DNA of 63,794 nucleotides from Tubiluchus corallicola (taxonomy: Eukaryota > Animalia > Priapulida). Location: positions 912,748-976,541 of the forward strand of contig JAQGDQ010000039.1 of NCBI GenBank assembly GCA_030141605.1, read 5' to 3'. The notes under the pieces are model-generated. The model was not told the DNA's origin. It made no database searches and was given only the letters and a program-made list of their open reading frames with translations. This document shows, one piece after another, positions 29,701 to 42,627 of this stretch (position 1 is the first letter of the stretch; every line of letters starts with the position of its first letter). The translations under genes and the position numbers were made by a program.

Positions 29701-31521
29701 ATTCTGAAGCAGCTTATTTTTAATTTTGATGTGGAAGCATTTTCAAATGACTGGTGTTTGTCCTGGCCAATGCATAAATTCCAATTAGCAGCTCAAGTGG
29801 TGTATGCAGTAGTAAATAGCTCTACTATTTACTATTGTGTATTTAAGCTTGTAATTTCCAGTCTGTGTAATGGTTTAACTGAGAATTCTCCATGCCGTAA
29901 TGACTGTTGAAAAGTGTAATTTATGACAGTCTATAATACCTGTGAGTTAATATCGTTTTACTTGATGAAACTTTCTCATTTCAGATGTTATAAGAGTTTG
30001 GGATTCATTGTTTGCTGATGAAAAGCGCTTTGATTTCCTAGTGGATGTGTGTCTTGCCATGCTTGTGTAAGTTACAGTTGACTTACATGATTCAGACAAG
30101 GGCCAGTTTTAAGTAAATTCGATAGTTTGTTCAAATTTGGCCTCGAGCAGAGGACGCTATGGTGAATTAATGAGTGCCCTGTGTGCACTAAGTTTTTTAT
30201 ACTGTGAAGGCAGTGAAACTATTCTATTTGTCCTCGTATATGTTTGTTTCATTGTTGTTTTTGCGGATCATTTGTTTATTTGTTTTGTAATTTCAGTTTA
30301 TCGTTGCCATTTATCTTTTTTGAAAAAGATAATTGGTGAGCCCTATGTGCATTAGTTAGATCGTCATTGGTTTTTAGTTTTACAAATTTGTGGACGATAT
30401 TCAAATCCGCAACATCGACATTATATAACATCAAACTTGGAATGTAAAATTGTGTTGTTTGTTACATATGTCCGAAGTGTTTATATTGTTTTGCAGCATT
30501 TGTGGCATAGAGGGCCCCACTAACAATTTTCTCATTGATTCCTAGCACCGTCCCTGATGCTTCCTAATGGCCTCTGCTGCAAAACTGTGCTTTACCATTG
30601 TTTCATTCGTGGCTTAAAATGTAATGATTAGAACTATCTAGTATCTAAAATTGTTAATAGTCTGTAAAATTCTATACTTTAGTACCTTCTATACTTCTCT
30701 ACTTCAATTCTGTACTATAATTCTATAACATACTAACTACTATATTTCAGTTCTATACTATAATTCTATAAAATACTAAAAACACTACACTTCAGTACCT
30801 CTATTTTAAATACCTCAATTTTAGTACTATTTTTGAAAAGAAAAATAAAAGAAATCACTCATGAAATCCACATGAAATAATGATGAAAATCACAATGAAA
30901 AATGATCAAATTGTTTGCTTTAGGTTTCTGAGGAAAGATGTCCTACAAAATGACTTTCCAGGAAACATGAAACTCCTTCAGGTAAGATAGGTTATGTACC
31001 TTCATCTATGCCCACTTTCAAGCTCGTGATTACTGTTTTGTACAACAACTAATTACAGTACAGTTACACGTTAAATTATCTCAATACCACTATAACGAAA
31101 GCAGTTGGCTCAGTTTCATGCATTGTAAAAAACTTTCTTTTATGTTTATTTTATGACATAGTAGATTTTCTTTCATAAAGGTTATAAAACTAGAGCTGTC
31201 AAATGATTTCTGTTAATAATACCAACTTATTCAGCCTACAGACAAATAAGATAAAGACAATTTGTTGTCATTTAGGCATTTGCTATTGAAAGCAGAATGC
31301 AGTCGGAAATTCTATCTAAATTATCTAATTTAGCTAAATTAGCTGTTTTTTGCTAATTTACTGTTGCCTAAATATAACTTGTTATATATATATATCTTGA
31401 TTATGTAGCTACAAGTGTATTAGAATTATTTCTCACAATGTTTTAATTGTTTCAGAATTATCCACCAGTAGATATACATGAGTTGCTAAGCAAGGCAGTG
31501 GAAATATCTCATGGAAGATGA
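17715..31521 (+). CDS. TBC1D13: TBC1 domain family member 13 (Rab GTPase-activating protein), 12 coding exons
   Basis: Exons: 17715-17734 (MAAYRE-K, tentative), 22326-22399, 23102-23204, 23976-24072, 24763-24845, 25403-25559, 27380-27578, 28392-28490, 28707-28850, 29985-30066, 30924-30981, 31456-31521 (TGA). All GT-AG and phase-consistent. Motifs QIDKDVRRLCPDI (IxxDxxR), EAHWEVVERILFIYAKLNPGLAYVQGMNEI (YxQ), FSFRWLTLLLSQEF and DVIRVWDSLFAD match TBC1D13. Confidence 0.95.
18300..20870 (-). mobile_element. Near full-length, frameshifted CR1-clade LINE (ORF1 C-terminus, AP endonuclease, RT)
   Basis: ORF1-like FVQPDLTFKQHEERK (20463-20744). Endonuclease LYTNADQFLNK, IAITEV, GRGVVIYV and IYRSPS. 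Linker NPKAFWQYI. RT WKVAQVTPIHKKG, QHGFVKGK, DLKKAFDVVPH, PQGSVLGP and LFADDSK. Spread over several frames. Confidence 0.92.
24111..24359 (+). mobile_element. Decayed non-autonomous Helentron/HINE-like element
   Basis: Layout typical of such elements: ttaatacatctgctaa..., a (TGTT)-like tract, ttagcaggat...atttccatgaaattt, and an end cctgggctgaggt...tgagtggtattccagtt. Confidence 0.5.
25664..26090. mobile_element. MITE, copy B (same family as 10939-11318, opposite orientation)
   Basis: TIRs aataagccttttcacagtt and aactgtgaaaaagcttatt. Confidence 0.65.
29052..29282. mobile_element. Tc1/mariner (pogo/Tigger-like) MITE
   Basis: Left end cagtcaaaccttttta, right end ttataatgaggtttgagtg|ta, with internal repeated ttggcattata motifs. 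Confidence 0.6.
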
Positions 31522-34500
31522 TATCATCGACTTCATCGTTCCATTGTTTAGATAAACAGTGTTAGTGCTGGAAGGATATGTCTTGTGTAACACATTCAGG
31601 GCTCAACAATGCAATTTGTTAGATTTCATTTGTTTCGTACAATAATGTATGCACAAAAATATGCCAGTCAACATTAATAATAATAGACAAAATCAATCCA
31701 ATTTTGAATGATAATTGTGAAATTTTGGAAAAACTTTTTAAGTCTTGAATAAACAGTTCATTATATGATCAACTTGATCTGGCATTTTTCAGCAATATAA
31801 CTTCGAATCGCACAATCATGATATTTGAATTTTTATGAATAGAGAAAAAGACGTTTCGTTAACTCCTAGTTTCTTCAGGTTGATGAAACCGGCTAAGTGT
31901 AAATGAAATGTAATTTTTCTAGTAATGAAAGTTTAAATTTTATGTGTAGTTTGTTGCTTTCTTGTTAAAAACATGAAAACTTTTGGTTATGGATGGCTAC
32001 TAAATGGGTCAATTTTTACTACATTACAGACTTGATATTTTTATTATGTTAACAAAAAAGTGCTTATCTTCTTGAAATGTGTAAAATTCTATGATTTTAA
32101 TCCTTCAGTTTGAAATTTATTATAATATAACATTATTTACTCAAATATGACTATCTAGTTTTTGGAACTTAATCATTATTGCTTACTAAGCTTGTAAACT
32201 CATTTATTTGTATTTAAGTAAATTGTTAGTCAGATATTTAAAGTCCTGAACCATGACTTACAGCGAGGCTTTGCTCAAGATTGATAAAAACAAGTTCTTC
32301 AACATTGCTTTACGTGCTTTATGTGTAGCTAAAGCTATAAGCACTATAGGGGATGTGATAGTTTGGGGCACACCATTGTCAGTTAGAGTATCAGTATTTT
32401 TCATATCGTAGTGCTACCTCTGCCGGTTAGTAACTTCACACTTTAGTTTTTGTAAATAAACTAAATGCGTATTAAATTTTGTGGGTCACTATTACTAAAA
32501 TTAAAGTGTTCTATATGCTTGCACCATTTTTACAGCAAACGAAACTAAGCCATTTCTTCCAGTAGTTAACACAGTTTCTTACTTTAAGGGGTATTTGGTC
32601 CACCACTCAACAACTTTTGCCTTTAGTAACTCTACGCCACAGTCAAACGTTTCTGTGCGTCAATCGTATACTTTTTCAGGAAATCCAGATATCGTAGTTC
32701 ATAGGATTAAGTTCCATTTTTTCTTGAAAACAAATCTTCATCTGTATTTTATTTTCTATGGTGAAGATCATGATGTAAACTGATTGATTTCTTATTGATT
32801 TTCTGCCATGCACTGATGATTTAAATACATCGATTTGGCTTTTTTCAATTGATGATTAGCTGACATTATTCTGGCATTTAAATTTTTAACATGCAGAAGT
32901 TTTTCTGCTATAACTTAAAATCTTCTACAACTATCAACTTTGTAATAGCCAAATGTTATACTACAGTATCACACTGCGAAATTTCGACTTTGTTGAGCGC
33001 TTGCTTCTAATGCTATTGTAGTCTGCACGTCGGAGCATTTTTCTGTGCCACCCGATATATATTTACATATATATGTAATATATGTGTGTAATATATGATT
33101 ATATATTATATAATTATGTATAAGTTATAAATGGCCCCATACATCACATGATGTTTCTTTGCAGTAATGTGTAAACAAGCGTTTGATATTTGTGGTTCTT
33201 TAGATGCACAAGTGCAGAGTGACTTAGATGAGCTCCTGGATGGATTACTTTCTTCAAACTCTAATGGATGTTCACCTTAAATATTGACATGTTTACAAAA
33301 CTCCTACTTATGTGGCACCTACGTTCATTTCAGAATTTACCTAACAGTTTATTTTCAAACTTAAAACTTTTACATGTATTAGCTAGGGGAATAAACTTTG
33401 CAAAGTGAAATGATTTCTGATTTGTAAATTTAGCAGTGTGCAATGTACTGTAATAATGATATAATCATCGTAACGGTATATAAAGCAGGACCAAAGCTGA
33501 TAAACTGGCCTTTAAGATGTATTTTCAATGTAATTTTGTATTCCAATATTCCACTGCTGATACGGTAAGTTGCAGCTTGCTAAGCATAATAAGCCTTTAT
33601 GTGCTGAAAATTAAACGTCATGAAATGACGCATTTGTTATTTTAATAAGAATGTACATAGCAATGTAATGAAAAACAATATTTTAAATAAAAGTATGAGT
33701 AAGTGCATTACCTAGTACTAATTTTCATTTTTGTATTGGTGACGTTTAAGTAGTTTAGATTCCAAAGTATTTGATTTTTTATCTATATGCAGTGTGCATA
33801 TTCATTTTCATGCATTGAAGTTTGCAACTGATGCAGCATGTAATTTATCAGTTAAATGCTGTGCTTTGCACTACTTTATGCACAGAGAGACAGAAAAACC
33901 AAACGTGATTACTGCACTACATGATTGTTCCAAATACAGTTTCCTTCCCGCCTTAGAAATTTTACATATATCGTGGATACGCTCGATCCTCTTCACCAAA
34001 AAACTATCTGTTCCCAAGATCAATTACACGAATTTACTTTACTTGTAAATCACGCTGTATACTTTTATATCATTCACTTTGTCGTGACTGCTTTACAGTT
34101 TCCTTGTATTTGATTACAATTTTATTGACATACGTTCTAACTTTTCTTAGTTCATCCATATTTGAGCTGCTTATGTCCTGCACTGATAGGTCCCATTTAT
34201 TTGCACATATTGCTAGACATCCAAAAAGGTGTTCAGTAGTGACCTCTTCTCTGCGACATAACTAAGATAGTAATATAGCTGTGGTTATGCGACAATAAGT
34301 CATTAATTTAAGAAAATCCTAGTTGCGTCAAGAAAGTGCAACTTACCATACACGAACAAACTCTACAATTCATTTTCAAGCTTTAAATGTTGTGTTAATC
34401 CCATAGGAATTCCGTTATGCGAGTTTATGCAACAGGATAAAATTGTTACTCAGAAGTTTCTAAAATGGCCTTACCACTTATTTAGTATGACATTTAGTGT

Positions 34501-36719
34501 GGCAAAAATACATTTCTCCAAAGGCGTACATTTTTGTATAGCACATTAATTATAATTGAAAGAACACAAACAATAAGAAGCATGCAGTATATGGATTATA
34601 ATTTGTAGACAGTAATGTGCGTAAAATCAATCAATCATCAGTCATATTTATAGCAATTACATCGTTAATGTCAAAGTGTTAAACGTATTTTTCCTATTTT
34701 AATACAATTTGATTTGATTGTCTGTTTTTTTCTGGTTTCTCTAAAAACTCGGATTAAATTGCACTTTCACTTGAGCTGTGCGTTTCATTATTCTTTCAAC
34801 CTGCTCGTGAGGGGGCGTTAAACTGCGTTTAGTTTACTCATCGAAATTTACGACCCCGCTTATACAAATAATTTTTAGGTGTGGCCCTTTTACTCAACGA
34901 AGATTGTTTATCATAACGTGCGACCTACGTAACATGCCGATAATTAAATAACGCAGATGCAGCGTACGTAAGCGCTGCGTTATACAAAGCTACTCGTTAC
35001 CGAAATAGTTACATATTTTGACCCAGGATCAAATTTAACTACGCATTAATAGACGGAAAAGATTGCATGGACAAATTTGGCGAATAGCTCGATAGTGGCT
35101 AAAAACGTAGGACACGGAGAAATAAGTTAGGCACAAAACTAGTGGCTTCTTTTTATTTAGCCATTAAAATTAGTCACCTGATATACCTGGATTGCAAATG
35201 AGTGTGAACTTGTGTAATTAAAATTGCATGGGAAGGACTGTTGGAAACCAAAAGAAACGCGACAAAAGTATGATGCATTTATCACAAAATGTTAAACATG
35301 AACAATGTGCAACAAGTCCACATGAACAATGTGCAACAAGTCCACATAGGGTGGATTAGGTAAAGTACGAGTAATGATCAATAATTAGTGATGGCAACGC
35401 TCTTCCTCTTCACTTTGCAAATTACTACTCTTCACAGTTTGATTAATATCCCTAGATGTCTGTAGAAGAAGAACTCTGTATGCAAACTGTGTTATACAGG
35501 AAAGTTTTACCGCTGTTACGTATCATTGGTTTAAAAAAACCGAAATGTTTACTGAGCAGCTTTGCTTGAAAACACTCGGTTTTTGTTGAGAGAAATTCAT
35601 TAAAACTCGTTTTTTTCGCTTAAGTCCTTCAAATCAGAAAACCTTATATTATACACCTTATACGCCTTATAAATGAATGAATGAATAAATAAATAAATAA
35701 GTAATTGCAGGGTTATTTATTTGTTTGTTACTTGTTTCAGCGGTATCTTTTTTCGAACACGAATAAGTATACACATTGCACGCAAATGTGAAATTTCAAA
35801 AAATTAGATGCCAGAACATGAGTAAGCGTGAATTGTATCACTAAATTAAATCAGAACGTGTGTAAAATATCTTTGTCAACTATGTGTTTCATTTATCCTA
35901 GATAACAAGCCTATAATCAGTCCCGTCACAAACATATACATGTACATAAAATAGTTCCGCGCGAAGTGCCAGTTCAGCTTCCAGTGTGCCAAATCGTATA
36001 AGAATTCAAGAAAATATGACTTAATGTCTATTAATTAGGAGCACGTCCATCTGTGAATGATTGATAGGTGAACTAAAACTTAACTCAAGAGAAATGCTTG
36101 TAACTGCACAGCTATACTTTTCCAAAATATGGTTTTCTTTAAATATTTCAAAAACATAATGAATACTTTGCAACATAAATTTAGATAGGCACATGTAATT
36201 GCCCAGAATGATAACCACTACCGACATTTTAATAATTAAATAGTTACTCTAAATAAACGATATAAAAAAAAAAAAAAAAAAATAATAATAATAATAATAA
36301 TAATATGTCCAATATTTATATTAATATATACATAATATGAGGGGAAAATTCATAGCATTGCAATACGTAAGATTATATTTTTGCTATGACGAATAAATAT
36401 GGAAATATCTGTTCATGCTGTGATTATTTTCGACTACGTTTGCTTTACGGATGCTTTAAGAATGAATATCTCGAGACCAGCACTCCTTAATAATAATTAC
36501 ATCAGAGATGAAGGCGTATTTTAGGCTGCTGGGTAGGCCAAGTGTAGTAGTAATTATAGCCCCAAAGGTAATTTGGATTATGCAGAGTTTAGCAGATAAA
36601 GTGTATTATTAACTTGTTGCACGGTGAAGCAATTAATTGTTAACAACTAATTTCTGACTTTTCGCCATTTAGAGGCGCTTGCGTGCCAGTTCATGTAACG
36701 ACCTCTGTCCACGAAATGG

Positions 36720-37273
36720 AGTGGAAAAAAAAGGAAAAGAAAAGAAAGTTAAAATAGGGAAAGGAAAGGAAAGGAAAGGAAAGGAAAAGAAAAGAAAATG
36801 AAAGGAAAAAAGACGAAAGAAAAAAGGGAAAGAAAGGAAAGCTAAAATAGGGAAAGGAAAGGAAAGGAAAAGAAAATGAAAGGAAAAAAGAAGAAAGAAG
36901 AAGAAAAGGGAAAGAAAACAAATGAGAGGCAAGGAAAAGGAGAGGCAAGGAAAAGGAAAGGAAAGAAAAAAGAGAAGTGAAGAGCAGCGAAGAGAAGAGA
37001 AAAGAGGAGGAGAGAAGAGAAGAGAAGAGAAGAGAAGAGAAGAGAAGAGGAGAGGAGAGGAGAGGAGAGGGGAGAGGAGAGGAGAGGAGAGGAGAGGAGA
37101 GGAGAGGAGAGGAGAGGAGAGGAGAGGAGAGGAGAGGAGAGGAGAGGAGAGGAGGAAAGGAAAGGAAAGGAAAGGAAAGGAAAGGAAAGGAAAGGAAAGG
37201 AAAGGAAAGGAAAAGAAAAGAAAAGAAAAGAAAAAACAAAAGAAAAGAAAAGGAAAGAAAAGAAAAACGAAAA
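36720..37273. repeat. ~550-bp polypurine pentanucleotide array (GGAAA/GAAAA/GAAGA/GGAGA)
   Basis: Directly visible; almost purely A/G on the + strand. Confidence 0.95.
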
Positions 37274-38159
37274 AGTCTAGTTTAAATTGACGCTCGAAGT
37301 ATGCCTGTGATTTGTACAGTTCATTTAAGATTAAAATTACTTAGGTCTAGACATGTTAATACTAGGATGTATCACAAAGTTTCAGTCTCTATGTACAGTC
37401 TAGCGCCAATGCTGAACGTGTTTGCAGGAGGTGGAGGTGTGTGAATCAAGTGCAGTAGCTAGTAAAAAGTCACTTTTGCAAATCTTCACTTACTTCCACA
37501 ATTTAGGTACCTGCACACAATTCTCCCACGCGTCTTACATACTTCACAAACTTCCACCTGTCTTTTAACAAATTCCCGCGACTTCAACAAATCCTCACAA
37601 ACTCAGCACATCCTCACATAACATGTCTTCTCACGCTGCTTACGTCTTTGCTCAGCTGCTCAAATCTTCATGCACAATTTCACCGAATTTTGAAAGATCT
37701 TTACAGAGCTTCACCTGATACAGCTCCACTCATTCTTTGCTTATACGGCGTAATGGGATTTACATTTGTAAAAGAAAGATTCGTGAAAATACAGTATGTC
37801 CTTTTTTTTGTTAAAATGTGAAAACATGGAAACATAATTATAATATGCGAATATCGAGTGAGCACTTACATTAAAAGGGCACTAACACAGTATGGGGCCT
37901 CCTCTACTTTATTGATAGATGGCAACTTTGAACAGTATACCATGCCAAACTGATTACGACATAGCCATGTAGACCCAAAAAATCTATTACTGATTACTGC
38001 AATAGTACTGAGAAAACAAAGAAGGTTCCGCCTGAAGTTGTTTCATATACATCTTCGCATCATAAATATGTAAACAGTTCAATAATTGCTGTAAAGTTAA
38101 ATAAAGTAAAGATATTTTAAAAACATCTTACTTTTGTGAGGGACTGCCTTCATTTGACT

Positions 38160-41025
38160 TTAAAACAAATCGTTTGTTATTTGACATGTACACCCTGATT
38201 TAACTCGAATATAGTCCACTCGAAACGGTTCATTGACTAGGTAATCGCGGACGATGGCGTATTGATATGAATACAACTGCTTGCATCTGGACAATGGGCG
38301 TAAACTGTGAGTGACGAAATGACACGGCTTATTCTTTACTTCGGGACGGCATGACGTCTGATAGAATCTTTGCGTAGAGTTGACATCCCGATACAACTCC
38401 AGTAAGTGTTCCTCTCTAGAGATGCCTCCATAAGGTTCTATAATGTTAGTCAACGAGGGACAGCACTCCAGGTCTATTGATTTGTCCCGTTCTTGTAGTA
38501 TCCTGCAAAAAAGTCACAACAGTGACACTAGCATCGTAAAAACAGCATCCGAAGCGATGCGCTGTTAATCTACAATTAAAATGGCTTTATACATGAAATA
38601 TGAAAAAGTTGGAGCAAAGTTTGGATATGAACACGATATCATGAGGTATTTAATCAATTTTTGAAGTGGAAATTGTGAAAACGAACGCCAAAACATCTTA
38701 TTTCAAAGACAGATTAATAGGCGCTTATGACCACCGCCAGATTATGTAGGTAGGTAAGTAGCTAGTTAGGTAGATAGTTAGGTTAGTGTAGGTAAGTAGG
38801 TAGTCAAGTAGGTAGGTAGGTAGGCGGCCAGACAGACAGACAGACAGACAGGCAGGCAACTAAAAAATTCACAGTTAAAAAGCTCCATATAAACGTGTCA
38901 GGAAGTGCAGATGGACAGAAAACTAGACTGGCAACTAATTGTGTGGTAAATAGATGAGTTGGCAGACAAATAAGTAGTTGGCAAGCAGGCAGGTAGACAA
39001 GCAGCAGTAAACAAGATAGACGTATATAGGTAGACAGATAAATAGACAAATATATTATAGGCATACAGACATAGAGGCAGACAGACAAATATACGAAGAG
39101 AGTGGCTGGCAGATGAAAGGTCAGAATAATGGATGAATAAGTAGACATAATGCCTACATGTTTTGCTACCTAAAGTACATAACTAAGCGTCCACTGCCCA
39201 ATTTGGCCATTGTCCAAGTGTTCACATCCAAAATGTCCTACTGCTCAAGCATCCACTGCCCTAGTGTCCACTACCCAAATGGCCAGTTTCCAAATATCCA
39301 CTGCCCGAGTGTCCACTACTGGATTTCCACCTGTCCGTGTGTCCACTGCCCATTGCAGCAGATGCGGTAGAACAAGTCGTGCAGCAGCAAACTATTAGAC
39401 TGCACACGGTTTAGGTTTAACACAAAACCCACAAAGTATGGCTACCGTCGCCTAATGTGCATAAACGCTCTTTCATTTAAGAACCAATAACTGTTGTAAT
39501 AAGTACCTATTTATGTAGATCAAGGACATGCATAGACTCACTAATAAAAATAAAGTAAAAGCGGATAATTCATTATTACTATTAATTAAAAGTTGATACA
39601 AAACTCGAAAGACAAGAAACGGGAAAGTTATAATACAGTATGGATTCTAACCAGAGATCTTCTGCTTACAAGGCAGACGCCTTAGACCACTAAACCACAG
39701 TATCCACCAGTGATTAAGGCAATCCAAAGTTCATCCCTTATAGCTGGCAACCAAATTCGGTATTACCAACTTCTTCACATTTCCTGTCTTTCAAGTTTGG
39801 TATCAAAAACTAATTAATTGTGAGTTTTTACTTCATTTTTATTGGTGAGTCAATGCATGATCCGTGATAAACAATGTAGTCAATGCATTGATTACAAAAA
39901 GATTTTTCAATGAAAGAGCACTTATGCACATAGGTAGCTACATTTTGTATGGTTTATGATAAACTTGTGCGGTCTAATAGTTTGCTGCTGCATGATATGT
40001 TCTATCACATCTGCTGAAATTAGCGTAGACACACTTGAACAGGTGGAAATTTTTGTAGTGGACATTCGGCAGTGGACATTTGGACAGTGGACATTTTAGC
40101 AGCGGAAATTTGGAAAGTGGACATTTGGGTAGTGGACACTTGGGCAGTGGAAGCTTGGGAAGTAGGACATTTTGGTAGTGAACGTTTGGGCAATAGACGA
40201 GCAGGCTTTTCAGTGAAAAAGCGCTTGTGCACGTAGATTAGGCAACGGTTTTAATCATCGTTAATAATAATCTTCACAACAAGATTACAATAATTAATTA
40301 CTCACCTTTCATGGTTTCCTCTGTAGATGTAAAAACTAAATGTTTCTCTTAGTAAGCATGTCATGTAAAATGATATAACCTAAAAAATTATAAGAGTAAT
40401 TAAAACGACCCTCCTTGTCATAACCATATAACACAATACAATACGACACAACGCAATGCATGCGATGCGATACGATGCGATGCAATGCAATACAATACAA
40501 TACAGTACAGTACAGTACAGTACAGTACAGTACAGTACAGTACAGTACAGTACAGCACAGCACAGCACAACACAACACAACACAATACAATACAATACAA
40601 TACAACATAAACAGTGTTATAGTTAATAGTATGCAAGGCCCAAGGGTGTAGGAGAAGCTTATTTTGAGAACAATACTATTTGTTTCAAAAACCAGGATAA
40701 CAATCACTTTTTAGAAAGCATAATATAAACTTTTTCCAGATCATAAAAGAGTTAATGCTCATGCAGCTAAAAACATGAAGTTTTAATGTCATTGTCTAGG
40801 TGTAATTTGCTCGTGATTATAATATGAAAACTCATTTTATAAAATGACGCAAAACGTTATTACTTTGCGTCATTTTACATAGATAATAATAATAAATTAT
40901 ATTACATATATTGTAGTTCTAATATTTTAACGGGCATGTATATAAAGCCAACTAGCTTGTTTAGGCAAAAGTTAGGATACTTACCGCAAAACAGATGTAA
41001 ATTTCCATATATGCCGTATTTCCAT
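38160..41025 (-). CDS. Spaetzle/neurotrophin-like cystine-knot protein
   Basis: The terminal exon 38502-38160 (acceptor TTGCAG) encodes ...DLECCPS...EPYGG...LELYRD...QRFYQTSCR...PCHFV...SRCKQLYSYQYAIV...DYIRVKSGCTCQI, the cysteine pattern of invertebrate Spaetzle-domain proteins. Tentative upstream exons: 40320-40306 (15 nt) and 41025-40985 (ATG), both with strong donors. Confidence 0.75.
39186..40200. mobile_element. Foldback-type DNA element with ~450-bp diverged inverted arms and terminal 15-bp subrepeats
   Basis: GTCCACTGCCCAAAT-like 15-mers at left (39188-39350) are mirrored at right (40040-40199). Inner arms match (cagcagcaaactattagactgcac vs gtgcggtctaatagtttgctgctg; catgcatagactcactaataaaa vs ttttattggtgagtcaatgcatg). 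Confidence 0.85.
39632..39704 (-). pseudogene. tRNA-like cloverleaf (TGT anticodon, Thr-like) at the centre of the foldback element
   Basis: Minus strand reads GATACTG TG GTTTAGTGGTCTAAGGC G TCTGC CTTGTAA GCAGA AGATC TCTGG TTAGAAT CCATA CTGTATT. Perfect anticodon stem; mutated T-loop and T-stem. Confidence 0.55.
40430..40606. repeat. Compound pentanucleotide microsatellite (CAATA/CGATG/CAGTA/CAGCA/CAACA)
   Basis: Directly visible. Confidence 0.95.
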
Positions 41026-41922
41026 ATATGAACTTGAACAATAATTCAATTCGATTTAAAATGACGTCACGCTGAAAAAACGAGAAAAAATAGTCCAATT
41101 AATGTATAAACAAAGGCTAGAATTAAGAGCCTGTTATTTGTATTTTATGGCTTTACTGTAAATAGACTATCAACACACATATTGCTTGCTAATCGTTGGT
41201 GGCAATTGTTTTTGATATTAAAAAGAGCCAAAGCCACCTGACCTTTATGAATATTGATAATAAAACATAAACGCTGGCGGGGGAGTAAGTGTACGTTGCT
41301 ACGTGATTATCGTGCGAAATTTCGTTTATTTTAGTCTAAATGACTCGCTCAATTCGATTCATTTATGACTAGGTGCTTGTTTTTATACGCTTTGCGCACT
41401 TTTTGCAATATTCCCCAAGAAAATATTTGCATTATCTTGCAAGGGAGAGTCTCCCGACGCGACCATATGTCAAGTTTGCACTTCTTGCACCGAAGTTACA
41501 GTAAATGTAACTGACCTTTAAAATGTCCTTTATGAATAAAGCTGAAAACAGCTTTTAGCTTTTCGCTAACAGTGGTTTTCATAATTTTATTTACCATTTA
41601 TATTAGTTCTAATCAAGTCGTGGAAGAAATTAACCGTATTCATTTAGCCAAGCCTAAGCCTATGTTGGCTGTGCTTGTGCACAGGGAAACACGAAATGCT
41701 AATTATTAGCTAATGGAACAGCACCCTGTTCTTTTGTTTGAGGTATTAATTCAATGCACGAAAAATACAAAGACGCATAAATTTAAACAAAAATTTTATA
41801 GCTTACAACTAAATCACTATTTTTGCTATTACTATAATATTTTCATTACATTGCTATTACTGGCACCTACAAAATTTATAACCTTCCGATAATATTTGCT
41901 TGATGGTGCTGCTGCTGCTGCT

Positions 41923-42152
<230 letters not shown>

Positions 42153-42627
42153 TACCAGAAAGTAACAACCCATCTCGGTCCCTCAAGTCAAGTCAATATA
42201 ACATCTTATTATTTTTGTCAGTACGGTACCTTTTTGAATGTTCCCTCAATATATAAGTATCTCGTGCCCAGGTATCGTCAAGACAGGTTCAGAGGTTTCT
42301 TCCGTGCGCCAATTCCGATAAAGTTACGCCCACGTTTTCAGACGTACGTAAGGGTTGTCAGGAAATACAATAATAGCGAAGATCGGTATAGTAAGGATAG
42401 GATTGATAATGCATAACATTTCCGTAGTGCGTGAAAGCTGCGGGGCTTCTGATCATAATAACACCTCTAATGTCATTTCCCACTTGTAGCAACGCATGGT
42501 ACACAAAAATCTCGCGAAGGCGTGGTAGATTCTTTATTGTTTCATCGATTATTCTGTGATATTTTATCTTGTTTTTGTAGCCCCCAGTAAAAAGATTTTG
42601 TACCACCCTGACATTGAGGACAAGTAA

